64,000 nucleotides of DNA from an uncultured delta proteobacterium (GTDB lineage Bacteria > Desulfobacterota > Binatia > Binatales > Binataceae): positions 1,184,001 to 1,248,000 of the forward strand of contig CAWCDG010000004.1 of NCBI GenBank assembly GCA_963794325.1, in the 5' to 3' direction. The notes under the pieces are model-generated. The model did not search any database and was not told the origin of the DNA. It was given only the letters and a program-made list of their open reading frames with translations. A program made the position numbers and the translations under genes. Positions 32,039 to 41,848 of this stretch are shown piece after piece (position 1 is the first letter of the stretch; each line of letters starts with the position of its first letter).

Positions 32039-32826
32039 ACGAAATGCTCCAGTTCCAGATTGAACTTCACGATGACGCGGTCTGACCCGCGCGTCAGGCC
32101 GATACCCGGGCCGAAGTTGTACTCGATTCCGTGCGGCAGCGCGCCCCTCACGACTGGGAAGATGTAGTGCTGCTGCGCGCGTAACGGATCGTTGTCGTCG
32201 ATCAGGCCAAGTGCGCCGTAAAACTCGAGGCCCGGTGAAATCTCGCGCAGGTAGTCGTAGTAGATCCCGGCCGCATACCCGAACTCGAATCCCTTGTTCT
32301 TGTTGGGCCCGACGAAAACGCTCTTTTCGAAAATCGGATTGAGTGAGATTTCGAATTTGCGGATGTCTTTCTCGATGATCGGCTTCAGCTCGAGTTCGAG
32401 CTGGTTGTCGTCGAATTGCGGCGTCCGATGCCATTCCAGCTCGGCGTACCAGCCCAAATCGACCGGCAACTCACCCTGCTCGAACAGGCTTCCCCGCACG
32501 CGAAACTTTGAGCCCGCATATTGAAACGACTCGGCATTGGGATGCGCGAGATTCAGGTAGGCGGCGCCCTCGACGCGGTCCGTGAAGCCGTAAGTGAGCT
32601 CGAACGCGGTGCGGTACATATCCTGGCTCGGAAAATCGCCGGCCGAAGTGCCGCCGCCATGGTTGTGACCGTTCGGCACGAAGCTGTTGAGCGATTCCAG
32701 CTCGACGACGCCCTTGCCCTCGGTCTGATACGGGTACACTTCGAACTCGAATGGATCGACTTGCGCGAGCGCACTAGAAGCGATCAGCGATAGCGCGGCA
32801 GCGAGAAAGATCGCGCGCGTTTTCAT
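32023..32826 (-). CDS. Probable outer-membrane beta-barrel protein
   Basis: Signal peptide, alternating amphipathic strands, terminal Phe. Confidence 0.7.
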   Translation of the reverse strand: MKTRAIFLAAALSLIASSALAQVDPFEFEVYPYQTEGKGVVELESLNSFVPNGHNHGGGTSAGDFPSQDMYRTAFELTYGFTDRVEGAAYLNLAHPNAESFQYAGSKFRVRGSLFEQGELPVDLGWYAELEWHRTPQFDDNQLELELKPIIEKDIRKFEISLNPIFEKSVFVGPNKNKGFEFGYAAGIYYDYLREISPGLEFYGALGLIDDNDPLRAQQHYIFPVVRGALPHGIEYNFGPGIGLTRGSDRVIVKFNLELEHFVGSLF

Positions 32827-33308
32827 CGCGATGACGACGGCGCGTGCGAAGATTTCTCATCGGCGATCCATCGCGTGATCGCGATGCGTTCATCGGATGT
32901 CAGATGCGCACGAGGATGCATCGCGAGGTAGTACCACGGCGGCATCGCGCGGTTCGCGATCAGACGCGCGATCTCATCGAGCTTTTGATCTTCGGTGCCG
33001 GGATCGGATGTGTAATCGGTCCACGACGAGAAGTTGAGCCGTCGACGTCCTTGGTCAACGTCGTGATGAATCCACCATGAGAACGGCGCCACCGCGCTGT
33101 ACCAGGGCCACCGCGTTTGGTTCGAATGACAGTCGTAGCAGGAGCGCTCGAGGGCATCCTTAACCGCAGGTGGAGCGGTCAGGTCACCTTGCACGGTCGG
33201 ATTGGAACGAACGGGACGCACCAGCTGCGCTATCAAGACCGCGATTGCTACGAACCACAGGATCGCCCGAAATGCGCGGCGATCCCCAGCTGCTTCAGCG
33301 CGAGACAA
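32823..33308 (-). CDS. Monoheme c-type cytochrome (Haem_bd-like)
   Basis: N-terminal TM, CYDCHS, WPWYS.VAP, LNFS.W, MPP. Confidence 0.88.
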   Translation of the reverse strand: MSRAEAAGDRRAFRAILWFVAIAVLIAQLVRPVRSNPTVQGDLTAPPAVKDALERSCYDCHSNQTRWPWYSAVAPFSWWIHHDVDQGRRRLNFSSWTDYTSDPGTEDQKLDEIARLIANRAMPPWYYLAMHPRAHLTSDERIAITRWIADEKSSHAPSSSR

Positions 33309-33630
33309 TCTCGCCTTTGACGGCGCCGTTGCTGAAATCGTCGATGAACGAATAGGTGCCGGGCGGGAGCGCCGGGATGTACACGGTGATCGTCTGTCCC
33401 GGTTGCACGACGCGCTCGCGATGCAACTCGAAGCTCTCGAACTCTACCGCCGCATCGCCGGCGTTGGTGACCTGCAATTTGATCGGAGTATTGGCGGGCA
33501 GGGTCAGGCTTGCGGGCTCGACTGCGCCGCCGTGAAAGCGCAGCGCGGAGTCATCTGCCGCGCGCGCCGACGGCGAGGGGGCAACGAATAGAGCTAGGAT
33601 TGCGAGTGCAGCGATCGTTTTGAGAGTCAT
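33295..33630 (-). CDS. Periplasmic cupredoxin-domain protein (FtrB/EfeO-N-like)
   Basis: Signal peptide, EFESFELHRERVV, PGTYSFIDDF. Confidence 0.85.
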   Translation of the reverse strand: MTLKTIAALAILALFVAPSPSARAADDSALRFHGGAVEPASLTLPANTPIKLQVTNAGDAAVEFESFELHRERVVQPGQTITVYIPALPPGTYSFIDDFSNGAVKGEIVSR

Positions 33631-33649
33631 TAAGCTGGCGGCTCCTGAG

Positions 33650-33668
33650 ATTGAGAATGATTCTCATT
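33650..33668. promoter_or_regulatory. Fur box
   Basis: ATTGAGAATGATTCTCATT with a perfect 7-1-7 core TGAGAAT-G-ATTCTCA, about 20 bp upstream of the cupredoxin start. Confidence 0.8.
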
Positions 33669-33894
33669 TACATCTCTGCGTGCTCCTTGTCAAGACGAAT
33701 TGTGGTTGGTCCTTCTCCATAGCGCGGAAAATGAGGGCCAAATGATGTGATTGGTCGACCTGTCATGTGCTTGGGCATCGAATTTGTTGACTACGGGAGC
33801 AATGGCGGCTAATCGTAGAGAGTGCTGTGTAAGTGGGCACCGGCCGTTTTGTAAGGTGCCGGGCGGGAATCGCGCCGACGGGGACTCGCGCGCG

Positions 33895-34980
33895 ATGGAG
33901 ACGTTGTTGTTTGTAGCGAAGGTCTCGGGAAACCGAATAGTCAGGGGAATCGCGCCGTTCGCGCTCGCGATCGCATTTGTGTTGGCGGTCGGCTCCAAGG
34001 CGTCCTCAGAAACCAAGCTCCCTTTCCCGCGTCCCCAAGTGATCCAGCCCAACGTTGATTTCTGGGTGAATGTTTTCACCAAGTACTCGGATCACGATTT
34101 CGTGGTCATGGATCGCGACAACGTCCAGCGCATCTACCACGTCTTTAATCTTCCCGGCGACGGCCGCCCGACCGCCACTGATATCGACTGGGCGAACTCC
34201 TATCTCAAAATCAAGTACGGCGACATTCTGAATCGCCTGGCGTCGGGACGAGAGCCCGCCAACGACGACGAACGCGAAGTCGCCGCTATGTTCAAGGGCG
34301 AGCCACCCAACGCTTACGCCGCCGCCGCGCAGAACCTGCGCGTGCAGGAAGGACTGCGGGAGGATTTCCACGACGGTCTCCTGCGCAGCAAGTACTACAA
34401 GCCGACGATGGAGCGGATATTCCGCACTGCGGGACTGCCGCCCGAGCTGGTAACCCTGGCGAGCGTCGAGTCGGGCTTCCACAGCGGGTCGCGCTCGAGC
34501 GCCGGAGCCGTCGGCATCTGGCAGTTCACGCGTGATACCGGCAAGCACTACATGAGAATCACGCGCTACCACGACGATCGCCTGAACCCCGACCGCGAGA
34601 CTCTCGCGGCCGCTAAGCTATTGCGCTCCAACTACGACACGCTGGGCGATTGGCCGCTGGCGATTACCGCGTACAACTACGGCACCGGCGGAGTGGCGCG
34701 CGCGGCAGGAATTTACGGTGGCGACTATTCCGAGATGGTCCAGCATTACCAAGGGCCGCACTTCGGCTTCGCCGTGAAGAACTACTACGCGGAATTCCTC
34801 GCCGCCTTGCAGGTGCATCGCGACGAAGACAAGTACTTCCCCGGCATCGAGGACGAACCCGCGATTCGCCCCGCGCCAATCAAGACCGACTTCGCGCCGA
34901 AGCACTCGAAGAAGTCGCACACCCATCACACTTCCGCGAAGACCCATCACTCGAAAAAGACCGTCGCGCAAAAGACCTGA
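33895..34980 (+). CDS. Lytic transglycosylase (SLT, MltD-like); start uncertain
   Basis: VESGF, SSAGAVGIWQF, WPLAITAYNYG. Confidence 0.9.
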   Translation: METLLFVAKVSGNRIVRGIAPFALAIAFVLAVGSKASSETKLPFPRPQVIQPNVDFWVNVFTKYSDHDFVVMDRDNVQRIYHVFNLPGDGRPTATDIDWANSYLKIKYGDILNRLASGREPANDDEREVAAMFKGEPPNAYAAAAQNLRVQEGLREDFHDGLLRSKYYKPTMERIFRTAGLPPELVTLASVESGFHSGSRSSAGAVGIWQFTRDTGKHYMRITRYHDDRLNPDRETLAAAKLLRSNYDTLGDWPLAITAYNYGTGGVARAAGIYGGDYSEMVQHYQGPHFGFAVKNYYAEFLAALQVHRDEDKYFPGIEDEPAIRPAPIKTDFAPKHSKKSHTHHTSAKTHHSKKTVAQKT

Positions 34981-35048
34981 ACCGCGCTCGTCGGCTGGCA
35001 CCGTAGGAGTCGCGGCGCGCGCCGCCTGCGTCTGTTATCGTTGATAGG

Positions 35049-38015
35049 ATGCAACGCGCGGCCACGCAATCCCCGCAACTCGCGGTCCTCGGCCAACGCC
35101 TCAAGGACCGGCTGGGCCACTCGCGCCTCGCGCAGAATGCGATTACGGCCGTCAAGGATCGCGCGCCTGACGATCAGTTGGCGCTCGCCTTCCTGACCAA
35201 GCTCGCCGAGAATTCCACCGATGCGCTGAAAGACCTGCTGAGCGATCGCCGTGCAGCCAGCGATCTGATCTTCTGCCTCGGCTCATCGGAACTGGTCGCG
35301 ACCGAGCTGTCCCTGGCCGGCCCGGAGTGGGCGGAAATCTTTCTCGATGCGCGCGCCCAGACTATCGATGGGCTGGTCGCCGCGATGCGCACCGAACGGG
35401 CCACGATCGACGCGCCTGACCGTCAGGCGGCCGCCGCGATGCTCGGGACTTTCATGCGCCGGATGATGGTGCGGGTTGCGATCGCCGATCTGCTCGACCG
35501 TCTCACCCCGGCCGAGACGGCGATGGCGATGTCGGAGCTGGCCGACGAATGCATTCGCACCGCGCTCGACCTGGCGACTCGATTTCTTGGCAAACGCGCG
35601 CGCGAGGTCGGCCGATTCTGCATCCTTGCGATGGGCAAGCTCGGCGCGCGCGAGCTCAACCTCAGCTCGGACGTCGATTTGATTTATCTTCATGAGTCCA
35701 CGGGTTCGTCGGACAGTTCAGAAGCGGCGGCGCGCCTCGGTGAATGGTTTACTGAAATTCTGTCCGCGCGATGCTTTCGAATCGATATGCGGCTTCGGCC
35801 CGGCGGGCGCTCCGCGCCGCTGGTGACCCCGATCGACGGCGCAATCAACTATTACGAGAACCTCGGCGCGCCCTGGGAGCGTGCGGCGCTGCTGCGTGCG
35901 CGGCCGGTCGCCGGCGACCTCGAAATCGGACTGCAATTGCGGACCGAGCTGAATCACTTCGTGTTTCGCAGCTACCTGGATTTCGACACGCTGCGCCAGT
36001 TGCGATCGATGAAGCATCAGATCGAGGCCGAGCTGAAAACGCCCGCGATGATCGAGCGCAACATCAAGCTCGGCCGCGGCGGAATCCGCGAGCTCGAATT
36101 TATCGTGCAGGCGCTGACGCTGATTTATGGGGGACGCGACCCGCGCCTTCGCATCGAGCAGACCGTCGCCGCGCTCGAGAAGCTCGACGCGCTCGGCTAC
36201 TTGCCGTCGAAGCGCGCGCGCGAACTCGGCGATGCGTACCTGTTCCTGCGCGACGTCGAGCACAAGCTGCAAGTTGTCGCTGGCCTGCAGACCCACGTCC
36301 TGCCCGCCACGGAAGACGGGATGCGCGCGCTGGCGGCGCGGATGGGTTTCGGCAAGGGACCGGCGGCGCTGAAGAAATTCAGCGAGCTGCTGAAATCTCA
36401 TCGCGCCCTGGTCGAGCTGCAATTTCGCGAGACCCTGGCCGGTGGCGACGAATTGTCGACGCGCTCGGTCTCTTCTTCCGCGGAACTGGCGTGGAACTCG
36501 GCGCTTAATCCCGATTCCGCAACCCGCTATCTGCGCGAGCTCGACTTCGCGCGCGCCGACGAAAGCGCGCGCCATCTCGAGCTGCTTGCGCGCGGGCCTT
36601 CGCATGCACCGACCAGCCCGCGCCGTCGCGAGCTGCTGGAGCGCCTCGGCCCGATGCTGATGGACGAGATCGGCCGCCTGCCCGATCCCGACTTGGCGCT
36701 GATGAACCTGGCCGAGTTTATCGCGGCGATCGGCGCCCGCACGTCGTTCCTGGCTCTGCTCGAGCAGCATCCGGCGACGCGGCGAGTTCTGCTGCGGCTG
36801 TTTGCCTCGAGCGCATACTTGTCGACTATCTTCATCCGCCATCCCGACATGCTCGACACGCTGGTGCGCTCCGACCTTGCCGCGACCCGGCGCAGTCCGG
36901 CCGAATTGCGCGACGAGCTGGCGGGACTTATCGCGGCGAGCCCCGACTTCGAGAGCAAGCTGGACGCGCTGCGCGCGTTTCGGCATCAGGAGTTTTTGCG
37001 CATCGCAATCGCGGACCTCGCCGGCGATCTTGAATTGTTCGACGTCGAGCGCGAGCTCACCACGCTCGCCGAAACGGTGCTGGACGAGGCGATGGCGCTG
37101 GCGCGAATTCAGACCGGGTCGCGCTTCGCGATTCCCGCCACGATGCGGCTGTGCGCGATTGCGATGGGCCGTCTCGGCGCCAGCGAAATGTCATACAACT
37201 CCGACCTCGATCTGATCTTTGTTTACGACGACCGCGCGGAAGTGGCTGGCGGCAGCCGCGAAATCGCGTCGCGAATCACGCAGAAGCTGATCGCGATCCT
37301 CGAATCGCGCACCCGCGAAGGATACGCGTACAAACTCGACTTGCGCCTGCGGCCATCGGGCAACGCGGGCCCGCTGGTCACGTCGCTGGCCGGGTTCCGC
37401 GAGTATCATCGGCAAAGTTCCGCGGTCTGGGAACGGCAAGCGCTGGTGCGCGCGCGCGTGATAACCGGCGACTCTGAACTGGGGCGCGAAGTCGAGGCGG
37501 CGCGCCAGGAATTCGTGTACGGCCGCGGACTGACCCCGCCTGAGGTAGGCGAAATAGCCGCCATGCGTCATCGGATGGAGATGGAGATAGGCGCCGAGGA
37601 CAAGACGCGGCTAAATATCAAGCAGGGCCACGGCGGCCTGGTGGATGTCGAGTTCCTGGTACAGATGATGGCGCTCAGCCATGGTCATCGGCATCCGGAA
37701 TTGCGGGTGCGCGATACGATGGGCCTGCTCGAAGCGCTCGACGGCCTCCATCTACTGACCGCCGCCGACGCGTCCATCCTCGAAGACGACTACCGCTTCC
37801 TGTCGCAGTTGGAGAATCGCCTGCGAATCGAGAGCGACCAGCCCTCGTGGGCGGTGCCAACATCCGTAATTGGCCTGCGCCCACTGGCGCGCCGGATGGG
37901 TTTCGAAGGCGCCGACGGCGCATCGCGACTGCTCGCCGAATTAGCACAACGCCGCAATCGCATCCGCGCAATCTTCGACCGCTACTTCGCGGCTACTCGG
38001 CCCTTGTCATCCTGA
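35049..38015 (+). CDS. glnE: Glutamine synthetase adenylyltransferase
   Basis: Two nucleotidyltransferase halves (MGKLGARELNLSSDVDL, MGRLGASEMSYNSDLDL), each with a D.RLRP motif. Confidence 0.95.
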   Translation: MQRAATQSPQLAVLGQRLKDRLGHSRLAQNAITAVKDRAPDDQLALAFLTKLAENSTDALKDLLSDRRAASDLIFCLGSSELVATELSLAGPEWAEIFLDARAQTIDGLVAAMRTERATIDAPDRQAAAAMLGTFMRRMMVRVAIADLLDRLTPAETAMAMSELADECIRTALDLATRFLGKRAREVGRFCILAMGKLGARELNLSSDVDLIYLHESTGSSDSSEAAARLGEWFTEILSARCFRIDMRLRPGGRSAPLVTPIDGAINYYENLGAPWERAALLRARPVAGDLEIGLQLRTELNHFVFRSYLDFDTLRQLRSMKHQIEAELKTPAMIERNIKLGRGGIRELEFIVQALTLIYGGRDPRLRIEQTVAALEKLDALGYLPSKRARELGDAYLFLRDVEHKLQVVAGLQTHVLPATEDGMRALAARMGFGKGPAALKKFSELLKSHRALVELQFRETLAGGDELSTRSVSSSAELAWNSALNPDSATRYLRELDFARADESARHLELLARGPSHAPTSPRRRELLERLGPMLMDEIGRLPDPDLALMNLAEFIAAIGARTSFLALLEQHPATRRVLLRLFASSAYLSTIFIRHPDMLDTLVRSDLAATRRSPAELRDELAGLIAASPDFESKLDALRAFRHQEFLRIAIADLAGDLELFDVERELTTLAETVLDEAMALARIQTGSRFAIPATMRLCAIAMGRLGASEMSYNSDLDLIFVYDDRAEVAGGSREIASRITQKLIAILESRTREGYAYKLDLRLRPSGNAGPLVTSLAGFREYHRQSSAVWERQALVRARVITGDSELGREVEAARQEFVYGRGLTPPEVGEIAAMRHRMEMEIGAEDKTRLNIKQGHGGLVDVEFLVQMMALSHGHRHPELRVRDTMGLLEALDGLHLLTAADASILEDDYRFLSQLENRLRIESDQPSWAVPTSVIGLRPLARRMGFEGADGASRLLAELAQRRNRIRAIFDRYFAATRPLSS

Positions 38016-38049
38016 CGGAGCGAGCAACGCGAGCGGCAGGAAGGATCTC
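38005..38049 (-). repeat. Family B-related REP-like element overlapping the glnE stop
   Basis: TGTCATCCTGA...GAAGGATCTC, related to GATTCTTC...GAATGACA. Confidence 0.55.
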
Positions 38050-38097
38050 GGACAGCGGGGCGCAAGCGCCGCCGGTTCCGGTTCTGCGTTGCTGCAA

Positions 38098-40197
38098 CTA
38101 CTCAAAATCCAGCTTCACCCCCGCCAGCACGTTGATTGTCGGCGCCTTGAATCCGAAGGCCTGCGAATAGTTACGGTCCATCAGGTTGTTCACTCGCGCG
38201 AACACCTCCTCATTGCTCACGTGGCTCAGCGGGACTCCCACCGTGTATGACACCACCGCGTTGACCAGGTTGTATGCGGAGTGATTCGCGACCGGCGGAA
38301 CTCCGCTCACCGTGAGGTCGTCGCGATCGCCGACGAAGATGTAGTTCACGTTGGCGGTGATTTTATCGTGAGGCAGAAAACTCCCGCTCCGCACGTATTC
38401 CAGCAGGGCTGACGCGGTGTGCTTCGCCACCCGCAGCGGACGGGGTGGGGTCAAAAACGCTTTTGTGAAGTTGAGCGGGGAATCGGCGTGCGTCTCGTCG
38501 AGCACGGTCACGTTGCCGCTGAGCGTCAGTCCCTTGAAGAGCGTGACGCTCGGCACGATCTCGACGCCTTGCGTGTCCACGCGCGAAGCATTGCCCGCTT
38601 CCGATCCAAATTCACAGGTCGGGCCAACCTTGCACGGCACCGTGACAATCAGGTTCTTCACGCGCCGCGAAAAAAAGGTCGCAGTTATCGAGGCTCGCTC
38701 GCCGAAGTTGGTGGTGAATCCGCCGTCCCACTCGCTCGAAATCTCCGGCTTCAAATCGGGATTGCCGAAACCCGGGAAGAATAGCTCGTTGAAGGCCGGC
38801 GCGCGAAAGCCTTCGGTATAGCTGCCGCGCAAGGTGGTAGAGATTTTTGTGATCGGAATCGCGACCGACCACGCGGGGCTGACCTCCTTGCCGAACTCGC
38901 TGTTGCCATCGACGCGAAATCCTCCCGTCACCAGAACGTGGCCCTGGAGAAAACTGCCCTCTTGCTCGAGGTAGCCCGCGTATTCCTGGCGGCGCGCGCT
39001 GAACAGGCTTATCGACGTTAACAGCGGCGGAGGCGGCGTGAAGTTCGCGAACGTGAAGATGCCATCCGAGCGGACCCATCGATCTTTGAAATCGAATCCG
39101 GCGAGCGTGCGAAAGCCCTCTAACCGGGGCCAGGTGAACACCGTCTCGATCAGCCCGCCGCGCGTCTCGTCGGGGATGCGATCTTCCTCGCTGCCCGCGA
39201 AGCCCAGATAAGGCGTCGAGGTCGCGCGTAAATCCTGCCGCACGAAATACGCGTTCGCGCGCACCAGTATGTTTTCGCCGAAGTGATGCTCGACTTCGCC
39301 CTTGAACAACATGAACTCGTTGCGTTGGTGCGCGGTCGGATCCAGCAGTGATCCGGAGAACTGGTTCAAATTCGGCAGGCTCACGTTCGATGCGATGTAG
39401 CGCGCGAAGCCGCGCAGGACAGTGTCGTCGCCAAGGTGATAGTCGAGCCGCCCGTTGAGCGCGAGATTGTCGGAGTTGTCGTTGACCGGACGAAACCCCT
39501 CAGTCGAAAAGTACGACACCGCGCCCGAGTAATGAAGATTTCCGTCGGCGCCGCTGACGGTTCCAACTTGATTGCTGGTCGCGCGATTGCCGCCCGCTGA
39601 CAGCAGGCTCGCCGTCGGCGGACCATCGCCCTCCTGGGACAGCACGTTGACGACGCCGCCGATCGCCTGCGAGCCGTACAGCGAGCCGCCCGCGCCGCGC
39701 AAAATCTCGACGCGATCGAGATTGTCTGTAGTCAGGTTCGCGAGGTCGAAGCTGCCGGTCGCGCCCGCGTTGACCTCGACCCCGTCGATCAGCACCAGCG
39801 TCTGCGACGGCGTAGCGCCGCGAATCGACACGTCGGTGACCGAGCCGGGCGAACCGCTCTGCGTGACCTGCACGCCGGGCACCTGGCGCAGCACGTCCGC
39901 GATGCGATCGATCTTCTGCTCCTGGATTTGCGGATCTTCGACGACCGTGATCGTCGTGCCGATCTCGCCGATCGGTTGCGGGATTCGCGTCGCGGTGACG
40001 ACCACCGGATTCAGCTTCTGCGCCTCTTCTTTTTTGGCGGGAGGCGACGTCTGAGTGGCCTTCTTCTTCTGTGGCGAAGCTTTCTGAGTTTGTGTTTGCG
40101 CTGGCGACGCGGCGGCGGCTGGCGTTTGAGCCAGTGCGATGGGCGCATAAGGCGCCAACGCAAAGACTGTCGACAGGATCAAAATAGGAAACCGCAT
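38098..40197 (-). CDS. btuB: TonB-dependent corrinoid receptor
   Basis: VVVTATR, LVLIDG, RVEILRG..GSLYGS.AIGGVVN, NPDLKPE; downstream of a cobalamin riboswitch. Confidence 0.85.
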   Translation of the reverse strand: MRFPILILSTVFALAPYAPIALAQTPAAAASPAQTQTQKASPQKKKATQTSPPAKKEEAQKLNPVVVTATRIPQPIGEIGTTITVVEDPQIQEQKIDRIADVLRQVPGVQVTQSGSPGSVTDVSIRGATPSQTLVLIDGVEVNAGATGSFDLANLTTDNLDRVEILRGAGGSLYGSQAIGGVVNVLSQEGDGPPTASLLSAGGNRATSNQVGTVSGADGNLHYSGAVSYFSTEGFRPVNDNSDNLALNGRLDYHLGDDTVLRGFARYIASNVSLPNLNQFSGSLLDPTAHQRNEFMLFKGEVEHHFGENILVRANAYFVRQDLRATSTPYLGFAGSEEDRIPDETRGGLIETVFTWPRLEGFRTLAGFDFKDRWVRSDGIFTFANFTPPPPLLTSISLFSARRQEYAGYLEQEGSFLQGHVLVTGGFRVDGNSEFGKEVSPAWSVAIPITKISTTLRGSYTEGFRAPAFNELFFPGFGNPDLKPEISSEWDGGFTTNFGERASITATFFSRRVKNLIVTVPCKVGPTCEFGSEAGNASRVDTQGVEIVPSVTLFKGLTLSGNVTVLDETHADSPLNFTKAFLTPPRPLRVAKHTASALLEYVRSGSFLPHDKITANVNYIFVGDRDDLTVSGVPPVANHSAYNLVNAVVSYTVGVPLSHVSNEEVFARVNNLMDRNYSQAFGFKAPTINVLAGVKLDFE

Positions 40198-40339
40198 GAA
40201 CTCCCTCCGAGTCCAAAAGCTGCCATCGCGATGGAAGGAGTCGGGTACTGAAAAAAGACCCGACCTCTCGCGTATCGAGGGATCGGGCATCAGGAATTCG
40301 TGTCTGACGCCACCCTCCCCGAGGAAGGCAGACAGTTAG

Positions 40340-40508
40340 TGACCCGGCCGGTCTCCTGGCTTGGGGTTCGTCCTTGGGCCCGCCTTCCCGCCGAAGCGGT
40401 GGCATGATGGGCCGTCGTCCCCCCACACAGTTGCGGGGCAGCGCCGGATTTAAACCGGCTTCCCGTGCACCGGGTGCGACGCCGAAGTTACGCGCGGCAC
40501 CTCGCGCA
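40340..40508 (-). ncRNA. Cobalamin riboswitch
   Basis: Minus strand AGGTGCC...GGGAAGCCGGTTTAAATCCGGCGCTGCCCCGCAACTGT...GCCAC...GGGAAGGC...AGCCAGGAGACCGGCC. Confidence 0.93.
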
Positions 40509-40549
40509 GTCAACACGCGCCGCGCGATCGTGTACGCTCGATGATTCAC

Positions 40550-41071
40550 ATGGGCACTATCACGCTAATCACGGGCGGCGCGCGGAGCGGCAAGAGCATG
40601 CAGGCGTTGAAACTGGCGCGCCCTTATCAGCGCAAGTTCTTTGTCGCGACGGGAGAGGCGCTCGACGACGAAATGACGGCGCGAATCGAATTTCACCGAA
40701 CGACGCGGCCGCCGGAATTTCAAACCGTCGAGGAGCCGCTGAACGTCGTAGCGGCGATTGAGAAGCTGGGCAAAACCGCAGACCTGGTTGTGATCGATTG
40801 CCTCACCCTGTGGATGTCCAACCTGATGCTACGGCCGGCGATGAGCGAAGGGCCGATTCTCGCGGAGGCGGACAAGCTCGCGGCGGCGCTGAAGGCGGCG
40901 GCGTTCGCCAGCATCGTCGTAACCGATGAAGTGGGATCGGGAATCGTGCCGACCGATCATGCCGAGTCGCGCCGCTTCCGCGACCTGCTCGGATGGACCA
41001 ATCAGAAAGTCGCGGCGGTCGCCGACGATGTAGTCCTGATGGTTGCGGGTTATTCGGTGAAGATAAAGTAG
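40550..41071 (+). CDS. cobU: Adenosylcobinamide kinase / cobinamide-phosphate guanylyltransferase
   Basis: GGARSGKS, DDEMTARI.FH, IDCLTLW, EVGSGIVP, FRDLLG. Confidence 0.94.
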   Translation: MGTITLITGGARSGKSMQALKLARPYQRKFFVATGEALDDEMTARIEFHRTTRPPEFQTVEEPLNVVAAIEKLGKTADLVVIDCLTLWMSNLMLRPAMSEGPILAEADKLAAALKAAAFASIVVTDEVGSGIVPTDHAESRRFRDLLGWTNQKVAAVADDVVLMVAGYSVKIK

Positions 41072-41073
41072 GA

Positions 41074-41848
41074 TCACAACTGCATCGCGAGCAGGACGGC
41101 GATTTCGACCAGCTCGCCGCACGCACCGATCAAATCGCCAGTCACTCCGCCCAGCCATCGCCGATAGAAGATTCGCATAGCGAACACGATTGCGACTGTG
41201 ACTGCGGTGGCGAGAGCGATCGGACGCATCGCAGTAAGCATCACCATCACCAGCAGCGTCAAGACGGCGACGAACGCAGTTCGTGCGACTGAGATTTTGC
41301 CGCCGAGCAGCGCCGACCCGGAGCCGGAGGCGCGTAGATACGCTAGGCCCGCGGCAACGATGAGCATCGCCCAACGCGCGAGCATCGGAGCGACGATCAG
41401 CGCAGCGTAACGGCGATGACCCGCCAGCGTGGACAGCGCGAGAATCTTGAGCGTCAGGTCGAAGAAGATTGCGCTGGCGCCGAAGGTGCCGACACGGCTG
41501 TCGCGGAGAATCTCGAGAGCGCGTCGCATCGCGTCCGGCGCCGAGGGCGTCGGCCATGTCGGCCAGTCCGTCGAGATGAACTGCGCCGGTGATCACGGTA
41601 AGCGAGATGACAATGAGCACCGAACGAATCACCTGCGCGAAGACGTGAGCGAGAATCCAATCCTCGCCGACGAGCGCCACGCCGAGAAGGAAACCGACGA
41701 TCGGGAACCATGCAAACGATGCGGCGATGGTATCTTCGGAAGCGGGTCGCTGATCGATTACCGGCAGGATCGTAAGGAAGCTGATTGCGAGTAGCAGCTC
41801 GCTGAAGAATCCGCTCTTCGTTGTCGGCGCGACGGCGTCGTCGCTCAT
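41074..41848 (-). pseudogene. cobS: Cobalamin synthase split by a frameshift near 41520 (pseudogene or sequence error)
   Basis: FLTILP...TGAVHLDGLADMAD in one frame; LEILRDSRVGTFG...GGVTGDLIGA in another. Confidence 0.88.

Noticed and set aside
23280-41530. Programmed frameshifting or phase variation as a common cause of the sulfatase, pip and cobS lesions
   Set aside because: There are no slippery heptamers or long simple repeats; sequencing error or drift is more parsimonious.
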